Notes: generated by a model not told the origin, from the letters alone. A stretch of 54,367 bases of DNA from an uncultured bacterium (GCA_964619155.1 CAZUEM010000004.1:1-54367), one strand, 5' to 3'; positions 35,259 through 43,681 are shown, counted from the first letter of the stretch. Translations and numbers: made by a program.

Positions 35259-36818
35259 TCAGCTCCGGCGCAGCCGCCCGAGCAGCGAGCCGGCCAGCAT
35301 GCGCGTCTCGGCCCAGCCGACCGCGGCCAGCGTCGAGCCGGCCAGGCAGAGCGCGCCGCCCGCGACGCCCGCGCCGAGCACCGTGGCGAGCGAGTGGCCG
35401 TACCAGGGCTTCGCGAACCACAGGAGCGCCAGGGCCGGCGCGCCGCCCGCCAGAGCGGGCGCGAGCGAGGCGAGCGAGCCGCGGATGGACGGGATCGTGG
35501 AGTCGCCGCGGTTGAGGAGCGGCCGCAGCAGCAGGTTCTTGAGCAGCACCGCCGCGGCGTGGCCGAGCGCGAACCCCATGGGCCCCAGGCCCAGCGGCAG
35601 GGCCAGCGCGAGGCCGATCGCGGGCTTGGTCACCGCGGCGATCACGTCGCCGGCGGCGATGCGGCCGATCTGGCCGCGCGCCATCATCGCCATCCAGGTG
35701 GGCTCGAGCGGCATGCCGACGAGCATCGGCAGCAGCACGGCCATCATGTACTGCTGGCAGTGCGCGTAATCGGGTCCGACCCAGCGGGCGAGGAACACGT
35801 CGCCGAGGATGCACGGCACGAGGCAGACGGGCACCGCGATCGCGCTCGTGATGCGCGCCGCGCGATGGACGACCGCCCGCGTGCGCTCGAGGTCGCCGCG
35901 CGCCTCCATCTGCGTGAGCAGGGGCGTCAGCGCCGAGACGCCCGCCCAAAGGAAGCCCTGGATCATCGGCGCCCAGCGCGTTCCGAGCGAATACTCCGTC
36001 ACGCGCGCCGGGCCGTAGAGGCCGCCGATGAGCAGGTTGTCGGTCGCGAGATAAAGGATCGAGGCCACCTGCGAGAGCACGCCGAGGCCGCTGAACGCGA
36101 AGAGCGCCCGCCGCACCTCGCGGTCGCCGAACTCGAGCGGCGGGACGATCCGCGGCACGACCCGGCTGCGCGCGGCCACGAACCCCAGCAGCACCGTGCC
36201 CGCGATCTCGGCGAGCAGCGCCGCGGCGGCGTAGACCCGCAGGCTCGGCACGAAGAGCAGGAACGCGGGCACCACGAAGCCGACCCGCAGCAGCGCCTGG
36301 GCGATGCGCACGAGCGAGATGCGCGAGGTCCGCCCGGTGACGTAGACCGGGACCTCGAGGATCGCGCCCACGTCCATCACCCCGGCGCTGAGGAAGATGA
36401 GCACCAGCCCGCCGACCGCGTCGGTGAGCAGGTGCGGCTCGACCTTCATGAACGCGCAGAGCAGCCGCGCGACCGCGATGCCGATGCCGACCACGGCGAG
36501 CCGCAGCACGGACGCCCACCAGAACCCGGCGGAGTAGTAGCGCTGCGCGAGGTCGCGCTCGCCGGCGTGCCAGTGCACCGTGACGTAGCGCCGCATGCCC
36601 GTGCCGAGCCCGCCGCGCAGCAGCCACAGGTACTCGAGGACCGAGCCGGCGGCGGCGCTGATGCCGTACAGCTCGCGGCCGATGCCGTGCAGGACGAAGG
36701 GGGTGAGCACGATGCCCACCACCATGTTCGCGACGCGCGCCGTCAGGCTGGTGGCCGCGTTCAGGGCCGCGGTGGCCGCCATGCCGCGGGCGGGGGGCTT
36801 CTCGGCCGGGGCGCTCAC
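35259..36818 (-). CDS. MOP/Wzx-type polysaccharide or oligosaccharide flippase family membrane protein
   Basis: GTG 36818 overlaps the stop of the upstream GNAT gene (GTGA). The alternative start is ATG 36782 (MAATAALNAAT). There are about 12-14 hydrophobic segments, and the layout is typical of polysaccharide biosynthesis / MurJ-Wzx superfamily proteins. Confidence 0.75.
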   Translation of the reverse strand: MSAPAEKPPARGMAATAALNAATSLTARVANMVVGIVLTPFVLHGIGRELYGISAAAGSVLEYLWLLRGGLGTGMRRYVTVHWHAGERDLAQRYYSAGFWWASVLRLAVVGIGIAVARLLCAFMKVEPHLLTDAVGGLVLIFLSAGVMDVGAILEVPVYVTGRTSRISLVRIAQALLRVGFVVPAFLLFVPSLRVYAAAALLAEIAGTVLLGFVAARSRVVPRIVPPLEFGDREVRRALFAFSGLGVLSQVASILYLATDNLLIGGLYGPARVTEYSLGTRWAPMIQGFLWAGVSALTPLLTQMEARGDLERTRAVVHRAARITSAIAVPVCLVPCILGDVFLARWVGPDYAHCQQYMMAVLLPMLVGMPLEPTWMAMMARGQIGRIAAGDVIAAVTKPAIGLALALPLGLGPMGFALGHAAAVLLKNLLLRPLLNRGDSTIPSIRGSLASLAPALAGGAPALALLWFAKPWYGHSLATVLGAGVAGGALCLAGSTLAAVGWAETRMLAGSLLGRLRRS

Positions 36819-37891
36819 GCGGCGTGCACGTCGTGGGGCGCGGGGTCGAACGGCTGGATGGGCGCGTCGGAGTGCAGGAACGTGACGTGCACGTGCGCGG
36901 GCGGCAGGCCCGCGAACGCCGGCCACGCGTGCACGGGAGCGTCCACGCCCGCGTGGCGGAAGCGGTTCCGCACCAGCGCCTCGCGCAGCAGCGGGCAGCT
37001 CGCGCGCGCGAGGATGCGGCTCGGACGCTCGGGCGCGAACGACAGGCACGCCTCCGAGACCATCCACGCGTAGAGCGGAACGTCGGCGCGCGGCGCGAAG
37101 ACCTCGACCAGCGAGCCCTGCAGCCCCGTCTTGCCCTGGTAGAGCCGCGTCATCGCCCAGCCGCGCAGCCGTCCGTCGAGCCGGAACGCGAGGTAGCGCC
37201 AGCGGCCGCTCCAGCGGCTGGCGGTGAGCCACGCCAGCACCTCGCGATCGGGCTGCTGCACGTAGCCGCACCCGGTGTCCCCCTCGTAGAGCGCCTCGAC
37301 GCCCTCGGGCGGGACGTCGGACACGCCGACCGAGCCGCTCCCGGGCGCCGGCAGCGGGCGGGGCGCGAAGATCGGCCCCGCGAGGGGGGCGACCGCGACG
37401 CGCGCCAGGCCCTGCGGCAGGCTCGTCGCGTGCGCGACGCGTTCGGCGAGCACGTCCGCGCTGAGCGGCAGCTCGAAGGCGTGCGCCTCGCCGAGCGCCT
37501 GCCAGCCCATGAGCGGCAGCGTGGCGTGCACGTCCGCCGTGCCGCCGATGGAGATCACGCGCTCGGGCGAGCGCATCATCGCGCGCATGAGCCGGATGCC
37601 CGCCCCGGTGCCGCGCAGTTCGGGCAGCGCGTGCCAGTCGAAGACCTCGAGCACGGGCTCCGCCGCGCCCGCGAGCCGCCACGTCTTGCGCAGCGCGAAC
37701 AGCGTGCCCACGCACTCCCCGCCGCGCAGGGCGACGAACATGCGGCTGATGCCGGCGGGCTCGAGGTAGCGCCAGCGGTAGTAGGCGTCCTCCCGCGGGC
37801 GCGTCCAGTAGCGTTCCGAGAAGTCCCGGACCGGGCCGAGGAGCGACGGCTCGAACGGCACCACGCGGATCGCAGTCTCGCTCGCGCTCAC
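36815..37891 (-). CDS. Two-lobed GNAT-family acyltransferase (FemAB-like size and architecture)
   Basis: GTG 37891, 358 aa. GNAT motif-A-like stretch: VFDWHALPELRGTGAGIRLMRAM. The second half (RYLAFRLDGRLRGWAMTRLYQG..SLVEVFAP) looks like a second, degenerate GNAT lobe. Confidence 0.6.
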   Translation of the reverse strand: MSASETAIRVVPFEPSLLGPVRDFSERYWTRPREDAYYRWRYLEPAGISRMFVALRGGECVGTLFALRKTWRLAGAAEPVLEVFDWHALPELRGTGAGIRLMRAMMRSPERVISIGGTADVHATLPLMGWQALGEAHAFELPLSADVLAERVAHATSLPQGLARVAVAPLAGPIFAPRPLPAPGSGSVGVSDVPPEGVEALYEGDTGCGYVQQPDREVLAWLTASRWSGRWRYLAFRLDGRLRGWAMTRLYQGKTGLQGSLVEVFAPRADVPLYAWMVSEACLSFAPERPSRILARASCPLLREALVRNRFRHAGVDAPVHAWPAFAGLPPAHVHVTFLHSDAPIQPFDPAPHDVHAA

Positions 37892-37938
37892 GCCGCCGTC
37901 CGGGGTCGTGCGGCCGTCGGCCGCGGGGGGAATGGGAA

Positions 37939-37965
37939 GCGCGCGGAGGGGGCGCCTCCGCGCGC
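37939..37965 (-). terminator. Strong hairpin (possible internal terminator or attenuator) between the SGNH-like and GNAT genes
   Basis: Perfect 11-bp stem gcgcgcggagg / cctccgcgcgc with a 5-nt loop. On the minus-strand RNA it is followed by UUCCCAUUCCCC. It lies in the 85-nt gap between stop 37977 and start 37891. Confidence 0.4.
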
Positions 37966-37976
37966 GGGGATCGAAG

Positions 37977-38819
37977 TCAACGGCGGGCGGGGAGGCCGGC
38001 GAGCAGCGCGAGCAGCGCCTCGGCGGCGCGGCGGCGGCCCTCGGCGTTCAGGTGCGAGCCGTCGTCCGTGTAGCCGGGGAACATGGCGTACGCGGTGCGG
38101 CCGCCGAGCGCGATGGTCTCGCGGGTGCCGTCGGGCCGCGTCGACTCGATCGCGGCGAGGTCGAAGAGGCGCCCGCTCGCGCCGTATTCGCGCCGCAGCG
38201 CCTCGTTGAACTCCTCGCGCTTGAAGTTGGACGCGTAGCGGCCCGGGGCCTGGCCCAGCAGCTTCTTCAGGGCCGCGCGCGGGCCGGCCTGGACGCGCAC
38301 CAGCGGGGCGGTGACGTGCACGAACGCCACGTCCGGGTGTTCGGCCTCCAGCCGCGCCATGGTCTCGCGGTAGTGGCGCAGGACGGGCTCCACGTCGGTC
38401 GTGTCGATGATGTCGGCGTAGCAGTACTTGTGGAACGCGACCCGCACGGGGCCCGCCGCGCCGGCCGCGACGTTGCGGGCGAAGTCGTCGGTCTTGAGCG
38501 CCGGGTCGCCGTTGCGGCCGACCAGTCCGTGCACGATCGCACCGACGCTGTCCGCCGGCGCGGCGTCGAGCACGCGCAGGCCCAGCTCCGGACGGGCGTC
38601 CGCGATCTCGCGCACGCCGTCCATGACGTTTCCGCCCACCGACTGGTGCCCGAAGTAGATCCGCGTCGCCGCCAGCGCCGCCCACGCCGAGTCCGGCACG
38701 TCCTCGAACCGCGCCATCCGCACGACCTCCTGTCCGCCGTCGCCGCCGCCGGGCGAGCATCCGCCGGCGAGCGCCGCCAGCAGGACGACCGCCACCGCCG
38801 CCTTCACCGTCCGCTTCAT
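37977..38819 (-). CDS. Lipoprotein with an SGNH/GDSL-like hydrolase or acyltransferase fold
   Basis: ATG 38819 is preceded by GGGAGG. Signal plus lipobox: MKRTVKAAVAVVLLAALAGGCS. The C-terminal block-V-like motif is DDGSHLNAEGRRRAAEAL. The N-terminal block YFGHQSVGGN may carry the nucleophile Ser. The fold assignment is tentative. Confidence 0.6.
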   Translation of the reverse strand: MKRTVKAAVAVVLLAALAGGCSPGGGDGGQEVVRMARFEDVPDSAWAALAATRIYFGHQSVGGNVMDGVREIADARPELGLRVLDAAPADSVGAIVHGLVGRNGDPALKTDDFARNVAAGAAGPVRVAFHKYCYADIIDTTDVEPVLRHYRETMARLEAEHPDVAFVHVTAPLVRVQAGPRAALKKLLGQAPGRYASNFKREEFNEALRREYGASGRLFDLAAIESTRPDGTRETIALGGRTAYAMFPGYTDDGSHLNAEGRRRAAEALLALLAGLPARR

Positions 38820-38860
38820 CGGGGCCTCCCGTCCGGGCCGCGCATCGCCGCCGCGGCGCC

Positions 38861-39109
38861 TCACGACGCCTTGCGCTTGCGCTCGACGAACGCGGCGATG
38901 CGCTCGATCGAGTCGAGGTTCTCGGGCACGATCTCGTCGTCCTCGACCGTCACGCCGAAGGTCGTCTCGAGGAACCCCATGATCTCGAGCACGCCGGTCG
39001 AGTCCACCACGCCCAGGTCGAGCAGGGAAGCCGTGTCGGTGAGCCCGGCGGCATCCTGCACGAAAAAGTTCCCCGTCACGAACTCGCGCACCCGCTTTCT
39101 CGTGTCCAT
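38861..39109 (-). CDS. Stand-alone acyl/peptidyl carrier protein
   Basis: 82 aa. Phosphopantetheine attachment context LLDLGVVDS(37)TGVLEIMGFLETTFGV. It starts 8 nt after the ligase stop. The upstream part of ORF 38861..40423 is a shadow extension. Confidence 0.8.
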   Translation of the reverse strand: MDTRKRVREFVTGNFFVQDAAGLTDTASLLDLGVVDSTGVLEIMGFLETTFGVTVEDDEIVPENLDSIERIAAFVERKRKAS

Positions 39110-39117
39110 GGATTCCG

Positions 39118-40683
39118 TCACTTGAGTTCCGATTTCCTGACCTTCCCGCCGCTCGTGCGCGGGAGGTCGGCCACGAACGCCACGTACTTCGGCACCATGA
39201 ACGACTCGAGCCGCTTCTCGCACTCGAGCCGCACCGTCTTCTCGCTCAGTTCGGCGCCCTCGCGGCGGACGATGAACGCCTTGACCGCCTGCCCGAGGAT
39301 CTCGTCCGGCACGCCGACGACCGCCACCTCGCCCACCCCGGGAATGGCGGCGATCGCGCTTTCGACCTCGCGGGGCGAGACCTTTTCCCCGCGGCTCTTG
39401 ATGATATCGTCCATCCGGCTCACGAAATAGAGGTAGCCTTCCTCGTCCATCCGGCAGAGGTCGCCCGTGTGCAGCACCCATTCGCCGGGCACCGGGCCGG
39501 GCTTGAGCCGCTCCGCCGTGGCCTCCGGCCGCCGCCAGTAGCCGCGCATGACGTGCGCGCCGCGCACCACGAGCTCGCCCACCTGGTTCGCCGGCGCCCG
39601 GCGGCCCTGCTCGTCCTGGATCCAGAACTCGGTGTTCGGGATCGGGACGCCGATGCTCGCCGGCTTGCGGTCGAGATCCTCCGGGGGCAGGTACGAGATG
39701 CGGGCGCACTCCGTCTGCCCGTACATCGAGAAGAAGCGCACGTGCGGCAGCCGCTCGCGGATGCCCTGCAGGTGGGGCACGGGCAGCGCCGCGGCGGCGT
39801 TCGTCAGGTAGCGCAGTCGCGAGAGGTCGTAGTCCGCGAGGTTTCTCGTCTGCAGGAGGACCGCGTAGATCATCGGCACGCCGGCGAAGCCCGTGACGCC
39901 CTCGGCGACCATGCGCGCGAGCACCTGCGCGGGGTAGGCGAACGACCGCTCGAGCACGAGCCGCGCGCCGGTGCGGAAGGCGACCAGCATCTGGTAGACG
40001 CCGTAGGTGAGGGAGAGCGGCAGCACGCTCAGCACCACGTCGTCCTCGCCGTTCCCGAGGTAGGCCGCGATCGAGGCGGATGCGGCGAGCATGTTGCGGT
40101 GCGAGAGCATGATCGCCTTGGGCTCCCCGGTCGTGCCGGAGGAGTAGATGATCGAGGCGAGGTCCTGGTCGAGGTTGAGCCGCGGGGGCGGGCCTGCGCC
40201 TTCGGCGGCCAGCGCCTCGTCCCAGGCGAGGAACCCGCTCAGGCGCCCCGCGAGGGCGGGCTCCACCTCGCCCGAGACCACGACGGTGCGCAGGTCGCCC
40301 GCCGCCGCGGCGGGGTCCGCGAACGTCGCCGCGTGGCGCCGGTCGGTGACGAGCGCCGCGGCGCCGCTGTCGGAGAGCATGCGCGACAGCTTCTCGGCCC
40401 GGGTCTGCGAGTTGATGACGCACGCCACGGCGCTGGCCTTGAGCGTCGCCCAGTAGGCGACCACGGCCTGGACCGTGTTGTCGGCGAAGATCACCACCCG
40501 GTCCCCGCGCTGCAGTCCCCGCCCGGCGAGGGCGCGGGCGAGCGCGTCGGTGCGGGCGTCGAGTTCGCGGTACGTGAGCCGCTCGCCATCGCAGACGAGG
40601 GCGACCTTGTCCGGGAGCCGCCGCGCCGAGTCGGCGAGGAAATCCTGCACGAGCGGCGAGGCCGCGGGGTGGCGCTGCACCAT
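39118..40683 (-). CDS. Adenylate-forming (AMP-dependent) ligase, acyl- or aminoacyl-carrier-protein ligase type
   Basis: ATG 40683. The alternative GTG 40698 overlaps the asnB-like stop (GTGA). ANL motifs: IIYSSGTTGEPKAIMLSHRN, YGQTE, HTGDLCRMDEEGYLYFVSRMDDIIKSRGEKVSPREVE, and PRTSGGKVRK at the C-terminus. Confidence 0.85.
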   Translation of the reverse strand: MVQRHPAASPLVQDFLADSARRLPDKVALVCDGERLTYRELDARTDALARALAGRGLQRGDRVVIFADNTVQAVVAYWATLKASAVACVINSQTRAEKLSRMLSDSGAAALVTDRRHAATFADPAAAAGDLRTVVVSGEVEPALAGRLSGFLAWDEALAAEGAGPPPRLNLDQDLASIIYSSGTTGEPKAIMLSHRNMLAASASIAAYLGNGEDDVVLSVLPLSLTYGVYQMLVAFRTGARLVLERSFAYPAQVLARMVAEGVTGFAGVPMIYAVLLQTRNLADYDLSRLRYLTNAAAALPVPHLQGIRERLPHVRFFSMYGQTECARISYLPPEDLDRKPASIGVPIPNTEFWIQDEQGRRAPANQVGELVVRGAHVMRGYWRRPEATAERLKPGPVPGEWVLHTGDLCRMDEEGYLYFVSRMDDIIKSRGEKVSPREVESAIAAIPGVGEVAVVGVPDEILGQAVKAFIVRREGAELSEKTVRLECEKRLESFMVPKYVAFVADLPRTSGGKVRKSELK

Positions 40684-40694
40684 GCCGGCCGGGT

Positions 40695-42701
40695 TCACGG
40701 GCGGGACCTCGAGGAACGGTCGATCCGGGTGTCGAGCCGTAGCGGCGCTCCGGGCGCCGGCGCGCGCTCGATCATGTCCCGGGAGAGGAGCTGGGTGGAG
40801 AGGATCCCCACCAGTGCCATGTTGTCGGCATTCGAGAACGGACTCTCCAGCGCCCGCTCGCGGCACTTGCGATGGAACCGTGCGGCCAGCTCCGGGTCGA
40901 AGATTCCCGCCCGGGCCAGCGCCGGCGGGGCCAGCACCTCGTCCACCCACGCCGGGGCGCCGCCGCCGCTGAACGAAACCGCGTCGGGGGCCCGGTAGGG
41001 CTGCTTCTTGCGCTCGAGGACGGCGGGCGGCACGAGGCCGCGGGCCGCGCGCTTGAGCACCGCCTTCTCGTCGAGGCCGGCGAGCTTGTAGCGGTCGGGG
41101 AGGGAGTTCGCGAGCGCGACCACGTCGCGGTCGAGGAACGGGAAGCGGCCCTCGACCGAGTTCGCCATCAGCATGCGGTCGCCCTGCGAGGAGAGGAGGT
41201 AGGCCGACAGCAGCGTGCGCACTTCGAGGTACTGGTCGCCGGCGAGCGGCGTCCAGCGCCCGAACGCCTCGGGCAGCCGCGCCAGCAGCGCGCCCGCCGG
41301 ATCGCTCCCGGCGAGCGCCTCGCGCACGTCGCGGGCGAGCAGGCGCTGCAGCGCGGCCGCTCCCCGCCAGCGCGGCGCGTGGCCGAAGCCGGGCGCGCGC
41401 CACCCCTCCAGGTCCTGCCCGAAGAACCGCCGCGCCATCGCGCCCCGCGCGACCGGCGAGCGCTCGAGCCACGGGTAGATCCGCTCGAGCAGCCGCGGAC
41501 GCGCCTCCGATCGCGGCTGCCGCGCCCAGAAGCGGCGGATGCGCGCCTCGCGGAACAGGTCGTAGCCCGCGAACATCTCGTCGGCGCCTTCGCCCGTGAG
41601 CACGACCTTGATGCCCGTCTCGCGGACGAGCCGCGAGAGGAGGAAGAGCGGGGCGGGGGCGGCGCGGAGCAGCGGCCGCTCCGTGTGCGCGATCACGTCC
41701 GGGAAGACGCGCGCGATGTCCGCGCGCGAGACCACGACTTCGTGGTGCGTGCTGCCCAGCTCGCCGGCGACCAGGCGCTGGTAGGCCGTTTCGTCGTACT
41801 CGGCGTCCTCGAAGCGCAGGGAGAACGTCTGGAAGCTCCCTCCGGCGGCCCTTCGCCCGAGCGCCGCGACGAGCGAGCTGTCGAGCCCGCCCGAGAGGTA
41901 GCTGCCGACCGGCACGTCCGAGCGCAGCATGCGCAGGCGCGACGCCCGTTCGAGCGCGGCGAGCACCGCCCCGGCCGCGTCTTCGAACGAGCCCGCGAAC
42001 TCCCCGCGGCCGGCCTCCGGGTAGCTCGGCGCCCACCATTCGCGGTCCTCGGCCCGGCCGCCCTCGTACACGCGCAGGTGGCCCGGCTCCAGTTCGCGCA
42101 CGCCCGCGAACACGGTCCGCGGCGGCACGGTGGACCAGAACGTGAAGATCTCCGCGAGGCCGTGCGGGTCGAGCGCGCGCGGCAGGTCCGGGGCGCCGGC
42201 GAAGAGCGCCTTCACCTCGCTCGCGAACCACACCCGCCCGCCGTGCTCGGCGTAGTACAGCGGCCGCACGCCGAGCGCGTCCCGCGCGAGCACCAGCCGC
42301 CCGGCCCGCTCGTCCCACAGGGCCACCGCCCACTGGCCGTTGAAGCGGCGGAACGCGTCGTCGCCCCACGCCTCCCAGGCGTGGACGATGACCTCGGTGT
42401 CGCTGCGCGTGCGGAACGCGTGCCCGAGCGCCTCGAGCTCGGCGCGCAGCTCGACGTAGTTGAAGATCTCGCCGTTGAACGCGATCCAGAGGGTCGCGTC
42501 CTCGTTCGCGAGCGGTTGCTGGCCGGTGGACAGGTCGATGATCGAGAGCCGGGCGTGCGCGAGCCCCGCGCGGTCCTCGCGGTAGGCGCCCGCCTCGTCC
42601 GGTCCGCGATGGCGCAGCGCCGCCGCCATGCGCTCCAGCGTCCCGAAGGCGACCGGTTCGTGCGCCCCGCCGACCGTCACGACGCCGGCGATGCCGCACA
42701 T
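40695..42701 (-). CDS. Asparagine synthase-family glutamine-hydrolysing amidotransferase (long, polysaccharide-cluster type)
   Basis: ATG 42701 shares one nt with the upstream stop (TGATG). Ntn nucleophile MCGIAG. Motifs HRGPDE, FNGEIFNY and SDTEV, then the PP-loop-type region SYLSGGLDSS. 668 aa. Confidence 0.85.
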   Translation of the reverse strand: MCGIAGVVTVGGAHEPVAFGTLERMAAALRHRGPDEAGAYREDRAGLAHARLSIIDLSTGQQPLANEDATLWIAFNGEIFNYVELRAELEALGHAFRTRSDTEVIVHAWEAWGDDAFRRFNGQWAVALWDERAGRLVLARDALGVRPLYYAEHGGRVWFASEVKALFAGAPDLPRALDPHGLAEIFTFWSTVPPRTVFAGVRELEPGHLRVYEGGRAEDREWWAPSYPEAGRGEFAGSFEDAAGAVLAALERASRLRMLRSDVPVGSYLSGGLDSSLVAALGRRAAGGSFQTFSLRFEDAEYDETAYQRLVAGELGSTHHEVVVSRADIARVFPDVIAHTERPLLRAAPAPLFLLSRLVRETGIKVVLTGEGADEMFAGYDLFREARIRRFWARQPRSEARPRLLERIYPWLERSPVARGAMARRFFGQDLEGWRAPGFGHAPRWRGAAALQRLLARDVREALAGSDPAGALLARLPEAFGRWTPLAGDQYLEVRTLLSAYLLSSQGDRMLMANSVEGRFPFLDRDVVALANSLPDRYKLAGLDEKAVLKRAARGLVPPAVLERKKQPYRAPDAVSFSGGGAPAWVDEVLAPPALARAGIFDPELAARFHRKCRERALESPFSNADNMALVGILSTQLLSRDMIERAPAPGAPLRLDTRIDRSSRSRP

Positions 42702-43681
42702 CAGTGGCTCACCTCGGGGACCTCGTGGACGAGCAGCGGGTGGAGCTGGAGGTAGCGCGTGGCGCGGCGCTTCTGGTCGATGTCGCGGTAGACCCGCTCG
42801 ACCTGCTCCGCCGAGAGCCCGACCGCCGGGGCGACATCGGCCGCCGGCACGCCGTGGTTGCGGCCGTACAGGCACAGGTCCATGCGGTCGTGAGGGAGGG
42901 CGAAGTAGAACTCCTCCTGCGTCTGCGGGAGCGGGAACGTGTCCGTCGTCGGGGTTCGCAGCCGGATCGCCTCGGGCACGCCGAGGTGCCCGGCGAGCTG
43001 GAAGACCTGGGTCTTGTAGAGGTGGGCGATCGGCTTGAAGTCGGCGGCCCCGTCGCCCTGCTTCACGAAGAAACCCTGGTCGTACTCGAGCCGGTTGGGC
43101 GTTCCTGCGACGGCGTAGTGCATCCGGTCGGCGTGGTAGTACTCCATCATCTTCCGGATGCGCTGCTTGAAGTTGGTCGCGGCGATGAGCTGCAGGTAGG
43201 GCTTGAGCGGCATGCGCGCCGTGCGCCGCTCGCCGCCGGGAGTCTCGACCGTCAACTCGGAGACGTTCAGCCGCTCGCCTTCGAGGATCGAGGGCAGCGT
43301 GACCTTGAAGCGCCAGCCCGGCTCGTAGTCGGGGAAGACCATGCGGATGGCCTCGTCCTGGCGCTCGTAGCACCGGGCCGCCGCCACGACGGGCGCGATG
43401 TCCTCGACGAGCGTCGGGATGCCGAACGCCTCCCCGAGCGCCCGGCCGAGCGCCAGCGATTCGCCCGAGGAGTCGCGCTCGGGCATGAGGAGTGCGAGGA
43501 CGCGCTCGCCGCCGAGGGCGCGCGCGCACAGCGCCGCGGTGACCGAACTGTCGATGCCGCCCGAGACCCCGACCACGACGCCGCGGCGCTTGAGCGTCCC
43601 CAGCACCTGCCCGCGGATCGCCTCCGCGATCTCCGCCACCGCCGCCGGCGCGTCCAGCCGGAGCACGTCCCTGTCGAGCAT
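42701..43681 (-). CDS. NAD synthetase-family (NadE-like) PP-loop ATP pyrophosphatase
   Basis: 326 aa. PP-loop VVGVSGGIDSSVTAAL, and later the NadE-like stretch YAVAGTPNRLEYDQGFFVKQGDGAADFKPIAHLYKTQV. It is the first gene of the minus-strand cluster, downstream of a 353-bp intergenic region. Confidence 0.75.
   Translation of the reverse strand: MLDRDVLRLDAPAAVAEIAEAIRGQVLGTLKRRGVVVGVSGGIDSSVTAALCARALGGERVLALLMPERDSSGESLALGRALGEAFGIPTLVEDIAPVVAAARCYERQDEAIRMVFPDYEPGWRFKVTLPSILEGERLNVSELTVETPGGERRTARMPLKPYLQLIAATNFKQRIRKMMEYYHADRMHYAVAGTPNRLEYDQGFFVKQGDGAADFKPIAHLYKTQVFQLAGHLGVPEAIRLRTPTTDTFPLPQTQEEFYFALPHDRMDLCLYGRNHGVPAADVAPAVGLSAEQVERVYRDIDQKRRATRYLQLHPLLVHEVPEVSH

Noticed and set aside
31289-35515. 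1408-aa ORF (+) antisense to fdhA, the OPT transporter and the flippase. Related cases are 32712..35114 (-), 28458..31463 (+), 35178..37073 (+), 35161..36627 (-), 36824..38209 (+), 39469..40998 (+), 40872..42755 (+), 42704..44038 (+) and 43861..45459 (-).
   Set aside because: The shadow-ORF reasoning above applies here too. The composition is implausible (runs of R, H, D, G, P) and each overlaps a motif-supported gene on the other strand or frame.
38861-40423. 520-aa ORF whose C-terminus is the carrier protein. It would imply a large multidomain carrier-containing protein.
   Set aside because: Upstream of ATG 39109 the frame is Arg/Gly/Pro-rich and overlaps the adenylate-forming ligase, which has full ANL motifs in another frame. 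Only the last 82 aa look like a real protein.
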